The notes beneath the pieces were generated by a model that saw nothing but the letters and a program-made list of their open reading frames with translations, had not been told where the DNA came from and ran no database searches. From an uncultured Actinomycetota bacterium (lineage in GTDB: Bacteria > Actinomycetota > Actinomycetes > Mycobacteriales > Mycobacteriaceae), in contig CAVVUH010000038.1 in NCBI GenBank assembly GCA_963751315.1, forward strand, positions 148,590 to 212,589: DNA of 64,000 bases, read 5' to 3'. The translations under genes and the position numbers were made by a program. Within the stretch, counting starts at the first letter, position 1; the number at the start of each line of letters is the position of its first letter. This document shows, piece by piece, positions 16,819 through 26,812 of this stretch.

Positions 16819-18822
16819 CTACACGGGCGCGTTGGCGGGCTGAAAGACTCCGGTGCTGTCGGCTTCTTCCTCGGCCCGGATCACGTGCACCACAGCGTTG
16901 ATCAGCGCCAGATGGGTGAAGGCCTGCGGGAAGTTTCCCAGATGCCGGCCCGTGCGCGGCTCGATCTCCTCGGCGTAGAGGTACAGCGGGCTGGCGAACG
17001 ACAGCAACCGCTCACACAAATGCTTGGCGCGGCTCACCTCGCCGATCTCGACCAAAGCCGACACCAGCCAAAACGAGCAGATGGTGAATGTGCCTTCCTC
17101 GCCGACAAGTCCGTCGTCGGTCTCCTCGACGCGGTACCGCAGCACCAGACCTTGTTCGGTGAGTTCGTCGGCGATGGCGAGCACCGTGGCCCGCACCCGT
17201 GGGTCATCCGGCGGCAGGAACCGAGTCAACACCACCTGCAGCAGCGAGGCGTCCAGCGCGTCGCTGCCGTAGCGCTGGGTGAACACGCCTCGAGAGTTCA
17301 CGCCCTTTTCCAGGATTTCGGCTTTGATCTCCTCTGCGACCGTGCGCCACTGCTGTGCGTAGTCCTTTTCACCTTGCCGCTCAGCGAGTTTCGCTCCGCG
17401 GTCGACTGCTACCCAGCACATGATCTTCGACGACGTGAAATGCTGAGGTTCCCCGCGCACCTCCCAGATGCCACGGTCGGGCTCCCGCCAGTGCTTGATG
17501 GCCTCTTCCACCTGGTTCTTCAGCACCGGCCACAGCGTGTCCGGAACCTGTTCGCGCGACTTGGCGTGCAAGTAGAACGAATCGAGGATGGCGCCCCAGA
17601 TGTCGTGCTGGTTCTGGTTATAGGCGCCGTTGCCGATGCGCACCGGGCGGGCATGGTCGTAGCCGGACAGATGGAGTAGTTCCTCTTCCACCAGCCGGCG
17701 TTCCCCGCCGACGCCGTACATCACCTGCAGCGGTTGGCTTTCACCGTTGTTAGCGCCAGACACGTCGGCGATGAACGAGAAGAAATCGTCGGCCTCGCGA
17801 TCGAGCCCCAGGGTGTAGAGCCCCCACAAAGCGAATGTCGAGTCCCGCACCCAGGCATACCGGTAGTCCCAGTTGCGTTCGCCCTGTGGGGTTTCGGGAA
17901 GCGATGTGGTGCTGGCAGCCAGCAGCGCGCCGGTGGGCGAGTACGTCAACCCTTTCAGTGTGAGAGCGCTGCGTTGCAGATACGCCCGCCACGGGTGGTC
18001 GGGAAAGTTGCCGATATTGATCCACTGCCGCCAGCACTCGGCCGTGTTCCACATCTTGTCGGCGGCCTCTTCAAAGTTCTGCGGCGCCGGATGCTTGGAC
18101 CAACTCAGGGCGACGAAGGCGTTGTCACCTTCTTTCATTCGGGTCCGCGCCCGTGCTTCTCGGCCCTCCAAACCGATCCGCAGGTTGGTGGTCAACCGCA
18201 GGGTCGGATGGGCTTCGGGATCTTTGGTGGCCAGGGCAATGGCTTCGCCGTAGCCGTCGGCCGAGTACTCCCAGGTGGCGCTGACGCGGTGGTAGTCGAA
18301 CGCCGGCTCGCAGCTCATCAGCAGTTCAACGGTTCCACTGACGCAACGGATGGTGCGCAGCAGGATGTGCTCGGCGTCCCAGTCCATCGGGGTACGACGA
18401 TGTGTTCGCGACCGTCGGTCGATGTCATGCCATAGCCCCATCACCAGCGCGTCGCGCACGATCACCCAGCCGGTGTGGGTTTGCCAGGTGGTCTCCATGA
18501 TCAAGCTGCCGGGTAGATAGCGCCGCGCCGAGGGCACCGATACGCCATACGGACCCAGCCGGAAATGGCCGGCGCTGCGGTCCAGGATCGCGCCGAACAC
18601 ACTCGGCGAATCGGGCCGCGGCACACACAGCCATTCCACCGACCCCGCTGGCGAGATCAGGCAGGTCGTCTCACAGTCGGACAAAAACGCGTAATCTGCG
18701 ATCGGTGGGAACGGGTTGCGCAATGGTGCGCCCGAGGGAGATGCCACCGGCGGGGCGACGGCAAAGGTTGCCGATTCGGCCTTCTCCGCGGCCCCATCGG
18801 CAGGCTGGGCGTGAAGAACCAT
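16819..18822 (-). CDS. Glycoside hydrolase family 15 protein (Rv2402-like; trehalase/glucoamylase type)
   Basis: Long (alpha/alpha)6-type sequence (YRYAWVRDSTFALWGL, WEVRGEPQHFTSSK). The ORF is open to 19017. The start at MVLHAQPADG is a guess. Confidence 0.8.
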   Translation of the reverse strand: MVLHAQPADGAAEKAESATFAVAPPVASPSGAPLRNPFPPIADYAFLSDCETTCLISPAGSVEWLCVPRPDSPSVFGAILDRSAGHFRLGPYGVSVPSARRYLPGSLIMETTWQTHTGWVIVRDALVMGLWHDIDRRSRTHRRTPMDWDAEHILLRTIRCVSGTVELLMSCEPAFDYHRVSATWEYSADGYGEAIALATKDPEAHPTLRLTTNLRIGLEGREARARTRMKEGDNAFVALSWSKHPAPQNFEEAADKMWNTAECWRQWINIGNFPDHPWRAYLQRSALTLKGLTYSPTGALLAASTTSLPETPQGERNWDYRYAWVRDSTFALWGLYTLGLDREADDFFSFIADVSGANNGESQPLQVMYGVGGERRLVEEELLHLSGYDHARPVRIGNGAYNQNQHDIWGAILDSFYLHAKSREQVPDTLWPVLKNQVEEAIKHWREPDRGIWEVRGEPQHFTSSKIMCWVAVDRGAKLAERQGEKDYAQQWRTVAEEIKAEILEKGVNSRGVFTQRYGSDALDASLLQVVLTRFLPPDDPRVRATVLAIADELTEQGLVLRYRVEETDDGLVGEEGTFTICSFWLVSALVEIGEVSRAKHLCERLLSFASPLYLYAEEIEPRTGRHLGNFPQAFTHLALINAVVHVIRAEEEADSTGVFQPANAPV

Positions 18823-18895
18823 GCCGACATCATGATCCGCCGACCTGCTCGGCGGCAACCGCGTCGGCCACGGCCGGGTTGACAACGATCTCGAC

Positions 18896-19129
18896 ATGTT
18901 GGCTTCACTGGCCACGCGGAATAGGGTGAGCCCGGTGAACGGGATCCTTAGCTGGTGGGACGGCGTCGAGTTGTGGCTGTCGGGGCTGGGGTTTGTGTTG
19001 CAGACCATCGTGGTCATGCCGGTCGTGCTGGCGTTGGCCTACCTCGTCGCGGTGGTGCTGGACTCCCTGCTGGGCCGTGGCATCCGGCTGATGAGGCGCG
19101 TTCGTCACAGCCACGAAGAACCCGGATGA
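18896..19129 (+). CDS. Small membrane protein
   Basis: 77 aa with one clear TM segment (LGFVLQTIVVMPVVLALAYLVAVVL). Its stop overlaps the next ATG (ATGA at 19126-19129). Confidence 0.45.
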   Translation: MLASLATRNRVSPVNGILSWWDGVELWLSGLGFVLQTIVVMPVVLALAYLVAVVLDSLLGRGIRLMRRVRHSHEEPG

Positions 19130-19221
19130 CCAGAAAGCCGGGCATGCCGCGATCACAGGTGACGTTGGTGCTGGTCATCTTGGTGGTACTGGTGATCGTC
19201 GCCTGGCTGCTGACCCGCTGA
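19126..19221 (+). CDS. 31-aa single-TM peptide
   Basis: MTRKPGMPRSQVTLVLVILVVLVIVAWLLTR. ATGA-coupled to the preceding small ORF. Below the ORF-track length cutoff. Confidence 0.35.
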   Translation: MTRKPGMPRSQVTLVLVILVVLVIVAWLLTR

Positions 19222-19476
19222 CCTGGGTCGGCCAAGCTGGGAGTTCGGCGAATTCTGTTAGGCTTCCGCGATGCACGCAGTGTCCGGCAACAGCGAGTGC
19301 CATATCTTGGCGCTCATTGCCGTGGGCGATTGCGCTGTGGCTGACGTGCACTGTTGTAGCTGACTTCCTCCCCGCGCGCGGTCAGGTGTCGGTGGAATTC
19401 CCCCAACTGTTGACCCTTGCCTTTCCGTAGCGACGGGACCGGTTATCTGTTAACCCCGCCACCGAAAGGTCGACCA

Positions 19477-20514
19477 TTGCGCGACGACATCAGGGGTGCC
19501 GCGCGTTGGCGCCACGTTGTCGGGTTGACCGTCGCCGCGAGCGTTATCGCAGCGTGTCAGGGTGGCGCCAGCGACGTCGTCGGTGGTAACGGGCCGGCCA
19601 ACGCGCACGCGAGCATCACACTGGTCGCCTACTCGGCTCCAGAACCGGGCTGGAGCAAGGTGATTCCAGCATTCAACGCCTCACAAGAAGGCAAGGGCGT
19701 GCAGGTGATCACCTCGTACGGCGCCTCGGGTGACCAGTCACGAGGCGTCGTCGACGGCAAGCCCGCGGACATCGTCAACTTCTCCGTCGAGCCCGACATC
19801 ACCCGACTCGTCAAGGCCGGCAAAGTTTCCAAAGACTGGGACAAAGACGCCACCAAAGGCATTCCGTTCGGGTCGGTGGTAACCCTGGTGGTGCGGCCCG
19901 GGAATCCCAAGAACATCAAGGACTGGGACGACCTGCTGCGGCCCGGCGTGGAAGTCATCACGCCCAGCCCGCTGAGCTCAGGCTCGGCGAAGTGGAATTT
20001 GCTCGCCCCATACGCCGTCAAGAGCGGCGGCGGCCACGATCCACAAGCGGGGATTGACTTTATCAACAAGCTGGTGGGCCAGCACGTCAAACTGCGCCCC
20101 GCATCGGGGCGGGAGGCCACCGATGTGTTCGTCCAAGGCAGCGGTGACGTCCTGATCAGCTACGAGAACGAAGCGATCGCCACGGAGCGCCAAGGCAAAC
20201 CGGTCATCCATCTCAACCCGCCGCAAACGTTCAAGATCGAAAACCCGGTGGCCGTGGTGACCAGCAGCCCCCACCTGGACGCCGCCACCGCGTTCAAAAA
20301 CTTCCAGTACACCGCGCAGGCGCAGAAGCTTTGGGCGGCAGCTGGATTCCGGCCAGTCGACCCGGCCGTTGCCGCCGATGTCCGGAGTCAGTTCCCGATG
20401 CCGGTGAAACTGTGGACGATCGCTGACCTAGGTGGCTGGGACACCGTCGACGCCCAATTGTTCGACAAGAACTCCGGCAGCATCACCAAGATCTACACAC
20501 AGGCCACCGGATGA
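19477..20514 (+). CDS. subI: Sulfate ABC transporter substrate-binding lipoprotein
   Basis: Lipobox IAAC, a sulfate/thiosulfate-binding family sequence and position before cysTWA. The TTG start at 19477 is tentative; the ORF is open from 19417. Confidence 0.85.
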   Translation: MRDDIRGAARWRHVVGLTVAASVIAACQGGASDVVGGNGPANAHASITLVAYSAPEPGWSKVIPAFNASQEGKGVQVITSYGASGDQSRGVVDGKPADIVNFSVEPDITRLVKAGKVSKDWDKDATKGIPFGSVVTLVVRPGNPKNIKDWDDLLRPGVEVITPSPLSSGSAKWNLLAPYAVKSGGGHDPQAGIDFINKLVGQHVKLRPASGREATDVFVQGSGDVLISYENEAIATERQGKPVIHLNPPQTFKIENPVAVVTSSPHLDAATAFKNFQYTAQAQKLWAAAGFRPVDPAVAADVRSQFPMPVKLWTIADLGGWDTVDAQLFDKNSGSITKIYTQATG

Positions 20515-21374
20515 CGACGGCGATAACACAGGAGGTGACCGCCCGCTCCCGTGGCGGTGGCGCGCCGGGCGGCAAGGGTTTCCGCGGCGGCGGCACGTCG
20601 CTGCGGGTTGGTGTTGCGATGGTGTGGCTTTCGGTGATCGTGCTGCTGCCGTTGGCCGCGATCGGCTGGCAATCCGTCGGTGGCGGCTGGCGGGCGTTCT
20701 GGCTCGCGGTCACCTCAAATGCCGCGCTCGAGTCCTTCCGGGTGACGCTGATCATCTCGGCCGGCGTCACCGTCCTCAACATGATTTTCGGCCTACTGAT
20801 CGCATGGGTTCTGGTACGCGACGATTTCCCGGCCAAACGGCTGATCGACGTCATTATTGATCTGCCATTCGCGTTGCCGACGATTGTTGCCAGTCTGGTC
20901 CTGCTGGCTCTCTACGGGGCCAACAGCCCCGTCGGACTGCACTTGCAGCACACCGGATGGGGCGTTGGCCTGGCGCTGGCGTTCGTCACGCTGCCGTTCG
21001 TGGTGCGGGCCGTCCAGCCGGTGTTGCTCGAAATTGACCGCGAGACCGAGGAAGCCGCCGCGTCGCTCGGCGCCGGCAACGCGACAATCTTCACAACTGT
21101 CGTGTTGCCCTCTCTGACTCCGGTTTTGTTGACCGGCGCGGGGCTAACGTTTGCGCGGGCCATCGGCGAATTCGGCTCGGTGGTGCTGATCGGTGGGGCG
21201 GTGCCCGGCAAAACCGAGGTGTCCTCACAGTGGATCCGGACCTTGATCGAAAATGACGACCGTACCGGTGCTGCCGCGATATCGATTGTGCTGCTTGTTA
21301 TCTCGTTCGCCGTGCTTTTTGTTCTGCGTACCCTCGGATCGCGTGCGGCTAGACGCGAGGAGTTGTCGGCATGA
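20511..21374 (+). CDS. cysT: Sulfate ABC transporter permease CysT
   Basis: Polytopic ABC permease with an EAA-like loop (EEAAASLGAGNATIF). ATGA overlap with subI. Confidence 0.9.
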   Translation: MTTAITQEVTARSRGGGAPGGKGFRGGGTSLRVGVAMVWLSVIVLLPLAAIGWQSVGGGWRAFWLAVTSNAALESFRVTLIISAGVTVLNMIFGLLIAWVLVRDDFPAKRLIDVIIDLPFALPTIVASLVLLALYGANSPVGLHLQHTGWGVGLALAFVTLPFVVRAVQPVLLEIDRETEEAAASLGAGNATIFTTVVLPSLTPVLLTGAGLTFARAIGEFGSVVLIGGAVPGKTEVSSQWIRTLIENDDRTGAAAISIVLLVISFAVLFVLRTLGSRAARREELSA

Positions 21375-22189
21375 CGCTATCGCCGCAGGTTCGCTACCTG
21401 ATTCGCTTTCTTGCCCTGGCCTATGTATTGGTGCTGCTCGTCGTCCCCGTTGGGCTGATCTTGTGGCGCACTTTCACACCCGGTTTCGGCCAATTCTTCG
21501 CCTGGGTCAGCACGCCGGCGGCGATTTCGGCACTGAATTTGTCGCTGCTGGTGGTGGCCATCGTGGTGCCGCTTAATGTGCTCTTTGGTGTCCCGACGGC
21601 ATTAATGCTGGCGCGCAACCGATTCCGTGGCAAAGGCGTGCTGCAGGCGATCATCGATCTGCCGTTCGCGGTCTCGCCGGTCGTCGTCGGTGTGGCCTTG
21701 ATCGTGTTATGGGGATCGGGAGGACTGCTCGGCTTCGTCGAGAAAGACTTCGGGTTCAAGATCATCTTCGGGTTGCCCGGCATCGTGCTCGCCAGCATCT
21801 TCGCCACGCTGCCCTTCGTGATCCGCGAGGTCGAGCCGGTCCTTCACGAGCTGGGCACCGAACAGGAGCAGGCGGCGGCAACGCTGGGTTCCGGTTGGTG
21901 GCAGACGTTTTGGCGGATCACCCTGCCATCGATCCGATGGGGCCTGACCTACGGGATCGTGTTGACCATCGCCCGTACCCTCGGTGAATACGGCGCGGTC
22001 ATCATGGTGTCGTCGAACCTGCCGGGGCAATCCCAGACGTTGACGCTGCTGGTATCCGACCGCTACAACCGCGGCGCCGAGTACGGCGCCTACGCTCTTT
22101 CGACACTGCTGATGGCGGTCTCCGTGGTGGTTCTCGTCGTCCAGGTGATTCTCGATGCTCGGCGTAAACGAGCCACCAAGCAGGCCTAA
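21371..22189 (+). CDS. cysW: Sulfate ABC transporter permease CysW
   Basis: Paralogous permease (EQAAATLGSGWWQTFWRITLP). ATGA overlap with cysT. Confidence 0.9.
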   Translation: MTLSPQVRYLIRFLALAYVLVLLVVPVGLILWRTFTPGFGQFFAWVSTPAAISALNLSLLVVAIVVPLNVLFGVPTALMLARNRFRGKGVLQAIIDLPFAVSPVVVGVALIVLWGSGGLLGFVEKDFGFKIIFGLPGIVLASIFATLPFVIREVEPVLHELGTEQEQAAATLGSGWWQTFWRITLPSIRWGLTYGIVLTIARTLGEYGAVIMVSSNLPGQSQTLTLLVSDRYNRGAEYGAYALSTLLMAVSVVVLVVQVILDARRKRATKQA

Positions 22190-22204
22190 GGAGGAGTGGC
22201 GCTT

Positions 22205-23269
22205 ATGACTAACGCGATCGTCGTGCGCGGCGCCAACAAACGCTACGGTGATTTCGTCGCGTTGGACAATGTCGACTTCGACGTGCCCGCCGGCTCGCTG
22301 ACGGCATTGCTGGGACCTAGTGGTTCGGGCAAGTCGACCCTGTTGCGCGCCATCGCCGGGCTCGATGAGCCGGACAGTGGCACGATCACGATCGACGGCC
22401 GTGACGTCACCCGGTTGCCGCCACAGCGGCGCGGTATCGGTTTTGTATTCCAGCATTACGCCGCGTTCAAGCACCTGACCGTGCGCGACAATGTCGCCTT
22501 CGGGTTGAAGATTCGTCGGCGACCCAAGGCCGAGATCCGCGAGAAGGTCGACAATCTGCTCGAGGTGGTGGGGCTCAGCGGTTTCCAGACTCGCTACCCC
22601 AGCCAGCTGTCCGGCGGTCAGCGCCAGCGCATGGCGCTGGCGCGCGCGCTGGCGGTCGACCCGCAAGTGCTGCTGCTCGACGAGCCGTTCGGTGCACTGG
22701 ACGCAAAGGTCCGCGAGGATCTGCGAGCCTGGCTGCGCCGGCTGCACGACGAAGTGCATGTCACCACTGTGCTGGTCACCCACGACCAGGCTGAGGCGCT
22801 CGATGTGGCCGACCGGATTGCCGTGCTGCGTGACGGTCGCATCGAGCAAGTGGGATCCCCGACCGACGTCTACGACACTCCGGCGAACTCGTTCGTGATG
22901 TCATTTCTGGGCGCGGTGTCCACGCTGAACGGGAATCTCGTTCGTCCGCATGACATCCGGGTCGGACGCAGCCCCGACATGAAGATTGCTGCCGACGACG
23001 GGACCGCCGAGGCCACCGGCATCGTCCGCGCCACCATCGACCGCCTGGTGATGCTCGGCTTTGAGGTGCGCGTGGAGTTGACCAACGCCGCTACCGGCGG
23101 GCCGTTCATAGCTCAGATCACCAGAGGCGATGCCGAGGCGTTGGGCCTGCAGGAGGGGGACACCGTGTACGTGCACGCCACCCGGCTACCGCACATCGCA
23201 CTCGGGGCGCCGGCACCCAGCGACGGCGGGGCAGACGAGGACGAGGGCACGCTGGCGCCCACCCGCTGA
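22205..23269 (+). CDS. cysA: Sulfate ABC transporter ATP-binding protein
   Basis: Walker [10 protein letters not shown], signature LSGGQRQR, Walker B LLLDEP. The ATG at 22205 lies downstream of AGGAGGAG. Confidence 0.92.
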   Translation: MTNAIVVRGANKRYGDFVALDNVDFDVPAGSLTALLGPSGSGKSTLLRAIAGLDEPDSGTITIDGRDVTRLPPQRRGIGFVFQHYAAFKHLTVRDNVAFGLKIRRRPKAEIREKVDNLLEVVGLSGFQTRYPSQLSGGQRQRMALARALAVDPQVLLLDEPFGALDAKVREDLRAWLRRLHDEVHVTTVLVTHDQAEALDVADRIAVLRDGRIEQVGSPTDVYDTPANSFVMSFLGAVSTLNGNLVRPHDIRVGRSPDMKIAADDGTAEATGIVRATIDRLVMLGFEVRVELTNAATGGPFIAQITRGDAEALGLQEGDTVYVHATRLPHIALGAPAPSDGGADEDEGTLAPTR

Positions 23270-23299
23270 ACGTCGGGCGTCTCCCGCCGGTGTGATCGG

Positions 23300-23998
23300 T
23301 CAGGCGGCGATGCGGTCGGCTCGCGCCGCATCGAAGCGATCCACTACCGTCGCGGCCACCAGCCGGTGTGCGCCCAGCGGCGCTGCCATCGGAATCTGTT
23401 CCGTTGCAGCATATTTGGCTACTCGATCAGTCAGCCGGCCGGGTGCCAGGAACCACGGTGCGATCACTACGCGGCGGGCGCCGCGGCGCCGTAGCCGGTT
23501 GGCGGCCTGGGCCGGTGACGGCCCGGACCCGGTGGCAAACGCCGTCGTCGTGCCGGCCCACCGAGTCCCTGCGATCAGCTTGCGTGCGACCTGAGCGGTG
23601 CGGGCGTTAGCCGCGACATGCGTCGAGCCGATCGCCACCACCAGCACACCGAGCTGCGGATCGAGCGTGCTGACTCCCAGCTCGGCGAGGCGCTCGTGCA
23701 GCACGGACACCAGCCGATCGTCTTCACCGAGGACGTCGGCCTGCCGCACGGCCGCGCCCCGGCTGGCGATCTGTCCGGGGATGTCGATACGGGCGTGGTA
23801 GGCGTCCGCCAGCAGGAAAGGAGTGACCACTGCATCCGGCGTGAGCACGTCAACCAGGCGTGGAGTGTTCAACTCGCAGAACGCGACACGCACGTCGAGG
23901 CGCGGCCGCATGCAGCTAATCTGATCGGCGACGGCGCGGGCATTGGCCGCCGACCGCGGATCTTCGCTGCCATGTGCGGCCAGCACCAGGGTGGTCAC
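23300..23998 (-). CDS. Sirohydrochlorin chelatase (CbiX/SirB family, Che1-like)
   Basis: LVLAAHGSEDPRS and a second AIGSTH half-domain. Last gene of the sirA-cysH operon. A GTG at 23998 gives a GTGA overlap with the cysH stop; the ORF is open to 24016. Confidence 0.75.
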   Translation of the reverse strand: MTTLVLAAHGSEDPRSAANARAVADQISCMRPRLDVRVAFCELNTPRLVDVLTPDAVVTPFLLADAYHARIDIPGQIASRGAAVRQADVLGEDDRLVSVLHERLAELGVSTLDPQLGVLVVAIGSTHVAANARTAQVARKLIAGTRWAGTTTAFATGSGPSPAQAANRLRRRGARRVVIAPWFLAPGRLTDRVAKYAATEQIPMAAPLGAHRLVAATVVDRFDAARADRIAA

Positions 23999-24738
23999 GA
24001 CGCGTGCAACCCGCATTCGGTCTTCGACAGCCCCTGCCAGCGTCCGCTGCGCGGATCCGAACCCTCAGCTACCTTCGCGGTGCAAGGAGCGCAGCCGATC
24101 GACGGATAACCTTCGTAGACAAGCGGATTGACCAGTACATCGTTTTCGTCGATGTAGGCCTGCATGTCCTCGTCGGTCCACGGTGCTAGCGGGTTGATCT
24201 TCACCAGATGAAACGCCTCGTCGAAACTGACAAGCGGGGCGTTGGCGCGAGTCGGCGCCTCGACGCGACGCAGGCCGGTCACCCACGCGGAATAACCCCG
24301 CAGCGCCTTGGACAGCGGGGCGACCTTGCGTAGCCGGCAGCACTCGTTGGGCTGGCGGGCGAACAGGTCCTTGCCCAGCAACTGGTCCTGCTCTGCGACC
24401 GAATGCTCGGGCGTGACGTTGAGCACCCGTACGTCGTAGACCGCCTCGATCGCATCACGGGTACCGATGGTCTCCACGAAGTGATACCCGGTGTCCAAGA
24501 ACATCACTGGGACACCCGGGCGTACCTTCGCGGCCAGATCGACGAGCACCGCGTCCTGCATATTCGAGGCCACCACGTAGTTGCACGTCGCCGACGGCCG
24601 AGGCCCTCTGACGCCGCCGAAGTGCTCGTCGGTCCAACGCAACAGGTCGGTGGCGCTGGCGCCTTCCAGCTCAGCGGCGCCCCGCTCAGCCAACTCTCGC
24701 AGCTCCGCTTCCGTCAACACTTTCGCCTTCTCACTCAT
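23995..24738 (-). CDS. cysH: Adenosine 5'-phosphosulfate (APS/PAPS) reductase
   Basis: C-terminal ECGLH, plus Fe-S cysteines NECCRLRKV and SIGCAPCT, point to the APS-reductase type. ATGA overlap with the sirA stop at 24735-24738. Confidence 0.9.
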   Translation of the reverse strand: MSEKAKVLTEAELRELAERGAAELEGASATDLLRWTDEHFGGVRGPRPSATCNYVVASNMQDAVLVDLAAKVRPGVPVMFLDTGYHFVETIGTRDAIEAVYDVRVLNVTPEHSVAEQDQLLGKDLFARQPNECCRLRKVAPLSKALRGYSAWVTGLRRVEAPTRANAPLVSFDEAFHLVKINPLAPWTDEDMQAYIDENDVLVNPLVYEGYPSIGCAPCTAKVAEGSDPRSGRWQGLSKTECGLHAS

Positions 24739-26402
24739 CGCAGATCCCCCTCGTCGGCGCGTAGCGCCCATGTCGCGAAGCGTTCGCCCGAATCACGCTG
24801 CTTGATGAAGTTGTGCACCACGCGGTCGATGTAGTCGCCGAGCTCGTCGCTGGTGACCTTGTGCTGGCGCAGTTTTCGTCCGAAACCACTGTCGAGGCCC
24901 AAGCTGCCGCCCAGGTGCACTTGGAATCCTTCGACCGAGCCACCGTGGCCGTCGTCGACCATCTGGCCCTTGAAACCGATGTCGGCGATTTGGATGCGCG
25001 CGCACGAGTTCGGGCAGCCATTGATGTTGACTGTGATCGGTACGTCAAGTTCGGCGTTGATGTCATCGAGTCGACGCTCCAGCTCGGGCACCAGCGACTG
25101 GGAACGCACCCGAGTTTCGGCGAACGACAGTTTGCAGTATTCAATACCGCTGCAGGCCATCAGGTTTCGACGCCAGTGTGACGGCTGCGACGGCAGCCCC
25201 AGCGCGTCAAGGCCGGTGGTCAGCTCGTCAAGCTTGTCGTCCGGAACGTCCAGGATGACGAGCTTCTGGTATGGGGTGAACCGGATCCGCTGCGACCCGG
25301 CCCGCTCGGCCAGGTCGGCCACCGCGGTTAGGATCGTGCCCGACACCCGCCCGGCGATCGGGGCGACGCCGACGGCGTTGAGCCCGTTCTTCAGCCGCTG
25401 CACGCCGACATGGTCGATCGGATGCTTGACCGGTTCGGGGGCCGGACCGTCGATGAGTTTGCGTTTGAGGTATTCGGTTTCGAGAACCTCGCGGAACTTT
25501 TCAATGCCCCAATCTTTAATGAGGAACTTCAGCCGGGCCTTGGACCGCAGTCGTCGGTAGCCGTAGTCACGGAACACCGATGTGACGGCCTCCCAGACGT
25601 CGGGTACTTCCTCCAGCGGCACCCACGCCCCAACCCGTTGGGCCAGCATCGGATTGGTGGACAGGCCGCCGCCGACCCACAGGTCCAGCCCGGGTCCGTG
25701 CTCGGGGTGGTTGACGCCGATGAACGCAACGTCGTTGATCTCGTGCGCGACGTCCTGCAGACCCGAGATCGCGGTCTTGTACTTGCGGGGCAGGTTGGAG
25801 AATTCCGGATTGCCGATGTAGCGGCGGACGATCTCCTCCACGGCCCAGGTCGGGTCGAGAACCTCGTCGAGTGACTCACCGGCTAGCGGGGAGCCCAGCA
25901 CCACCCGCGGGCAGTCGCCGCACGCTTCGGTGGTCTGCAAGCCGACCGCGGCCAGTCGGTCCCAGATCTCGGGGACTTTCTCGATCTCGATCCAGTGGTA
26001 CTGCACATTTTCCCGGTCGGAGATGTCGGCGGTGTCCCGGGCGAATTCCGTAGAAATCTGTCCGAGGGTGCGCAGCGCCGCGGTGGACAACGACCCGCCG
26101 TCGCAGCGCACGCGCATCATGAAGTACTTGGCCTCGAGCAGATCGAGGTTCTCGTCGCCAGTCCAGCTGCCGTCGTAACCCTGTTCCCGCTGGGTGTAGA
26201 GCCCCATCCAGCGCATGCGGCCACGCAGGTCGTTCTTGTCGATGCTGTCGAAGCCGGCTTTGGAGTAGTGGTTGAGGATTCGGTCGCGGACGTTGAGCGC
26301 GTCGTCGTCCTTCTTGAACTGCTCGTTGGGATTGAGTGGCTCGCGGTAGCCGAGCGCCCACTGGCCTTCGCTGCGGCCCTTGGCGGGGCGGGGGGAGGTC
26401 AT
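24735..26402 (-). CDS. sirA: Ferredoxin-dependent sulfite reductase (NirA/SirA)
   Basis: 555 aa with siroheme/4Fe-4S motifs (TEACGDCPRV, MACSGIEYCKLS, NINGCPNSCARIQIADIG). Confidence 0.9.
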   Translation of the reverse strand: MTSPRPAKGRSEGQWALGYREPLNPNEQFKKDDDALNVRDRILNHYSKAGFDSIDKNDLRGRMRWMGLYTQREQGYDGSWTGDENLDLLEAKYFMMRVRCDGGSLSTAALRTLGQISTEFARDTADISDRENVQYHWIEIEKVPEIWDRLAAVGLQTTEACGDCPRVVLGSPLAGESLDEVLDPTWAVEEIVRRYIGNPEFSNLPRKYKTAISGLQDVAHEINDVAFIGVNHPEHGPGLDLWVGGGLSTNPMLAQRVGAWVPLEEVPDVWEAVTSVFRDYGYRRLRSKARLKFLIKDWGIEKFREVLETEYLKRKLIDGPAPEPVKHPIDHVGVQRLKNGLNAVGVAPIAGRVSGTILTAVADLAERAGSQRIRFTPYQKLVILDVPDDKLDELTTGLDALGLPSQPSHWRRNLMACSGIEYCKLSFAETRVRSQSLVPELERRLDDINAELDVPITVNINGCPNSCARIQIADIGFKGQMVDDGHGGSVEGFQVHLGGSLGLDSGFGRKLRQHKVTSDELGDYIDRVVHNFIKQRDSGERFATWALRADEGDLR

Positions 26403-26812
26403 TCGGCATCTCCTTTGTGGAGTAGCCGGCTTGGACCGCGCAGATCACCGGTTGCTGTCCCGGCGGCGCAGATCCGGGGCCAGCTGAAAGTACAGGTGGA
26501 CGGCTCTACGACATTAAGGCAGACAGCGACAGCTGCAGACACGCTTGAGATCGATGTGCCGACGCGCCACCAACGCGATGTCGAACGGGCTGCGGTGGGC
26601 GGTGGTCACTCGGCCATTGTGCCACGGATGTCGCCAAGGGTCGCTACCAGGGTGGAATTTCTCTCATAGTGAGCAAAACTACGTGGCAACCCTGAGATGC
26701 AGCGCAAACGTACCCGAGAGTCAGCTGCCAACGGCGGCTGTTTTGTCTCTCGCCCCGCTGCCACCGCGGCCAGCGCTGGAAGCCGGGCCGGGAGTCAGGA
26801 ATATTGGCAGCC

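Noticed and set aside
21707-22849. Long antisense ORFs across cysW/cysA. Similar cases are 38286-39455, 40344-41543, 31900-33246, 12110-13003 and 4994-5698.
   Set aside because: Their composition is dominated by Arg, Gly, Pro and His. They have no motifs and sit opposite genes with clear family signatures. These are high-GC artefacts.
26403-26812. Remnants of the rpfD or Rv2390c-like genes expected here from M. tuberculosis synteny, or a sulfur-related riboswitch upstream of sirA
   Set aside because: No frame shows an Rpf-domain-like or other recognisable translation. I could not identify any conserved riboswitch core by eye. An Rfam scan would be needed.
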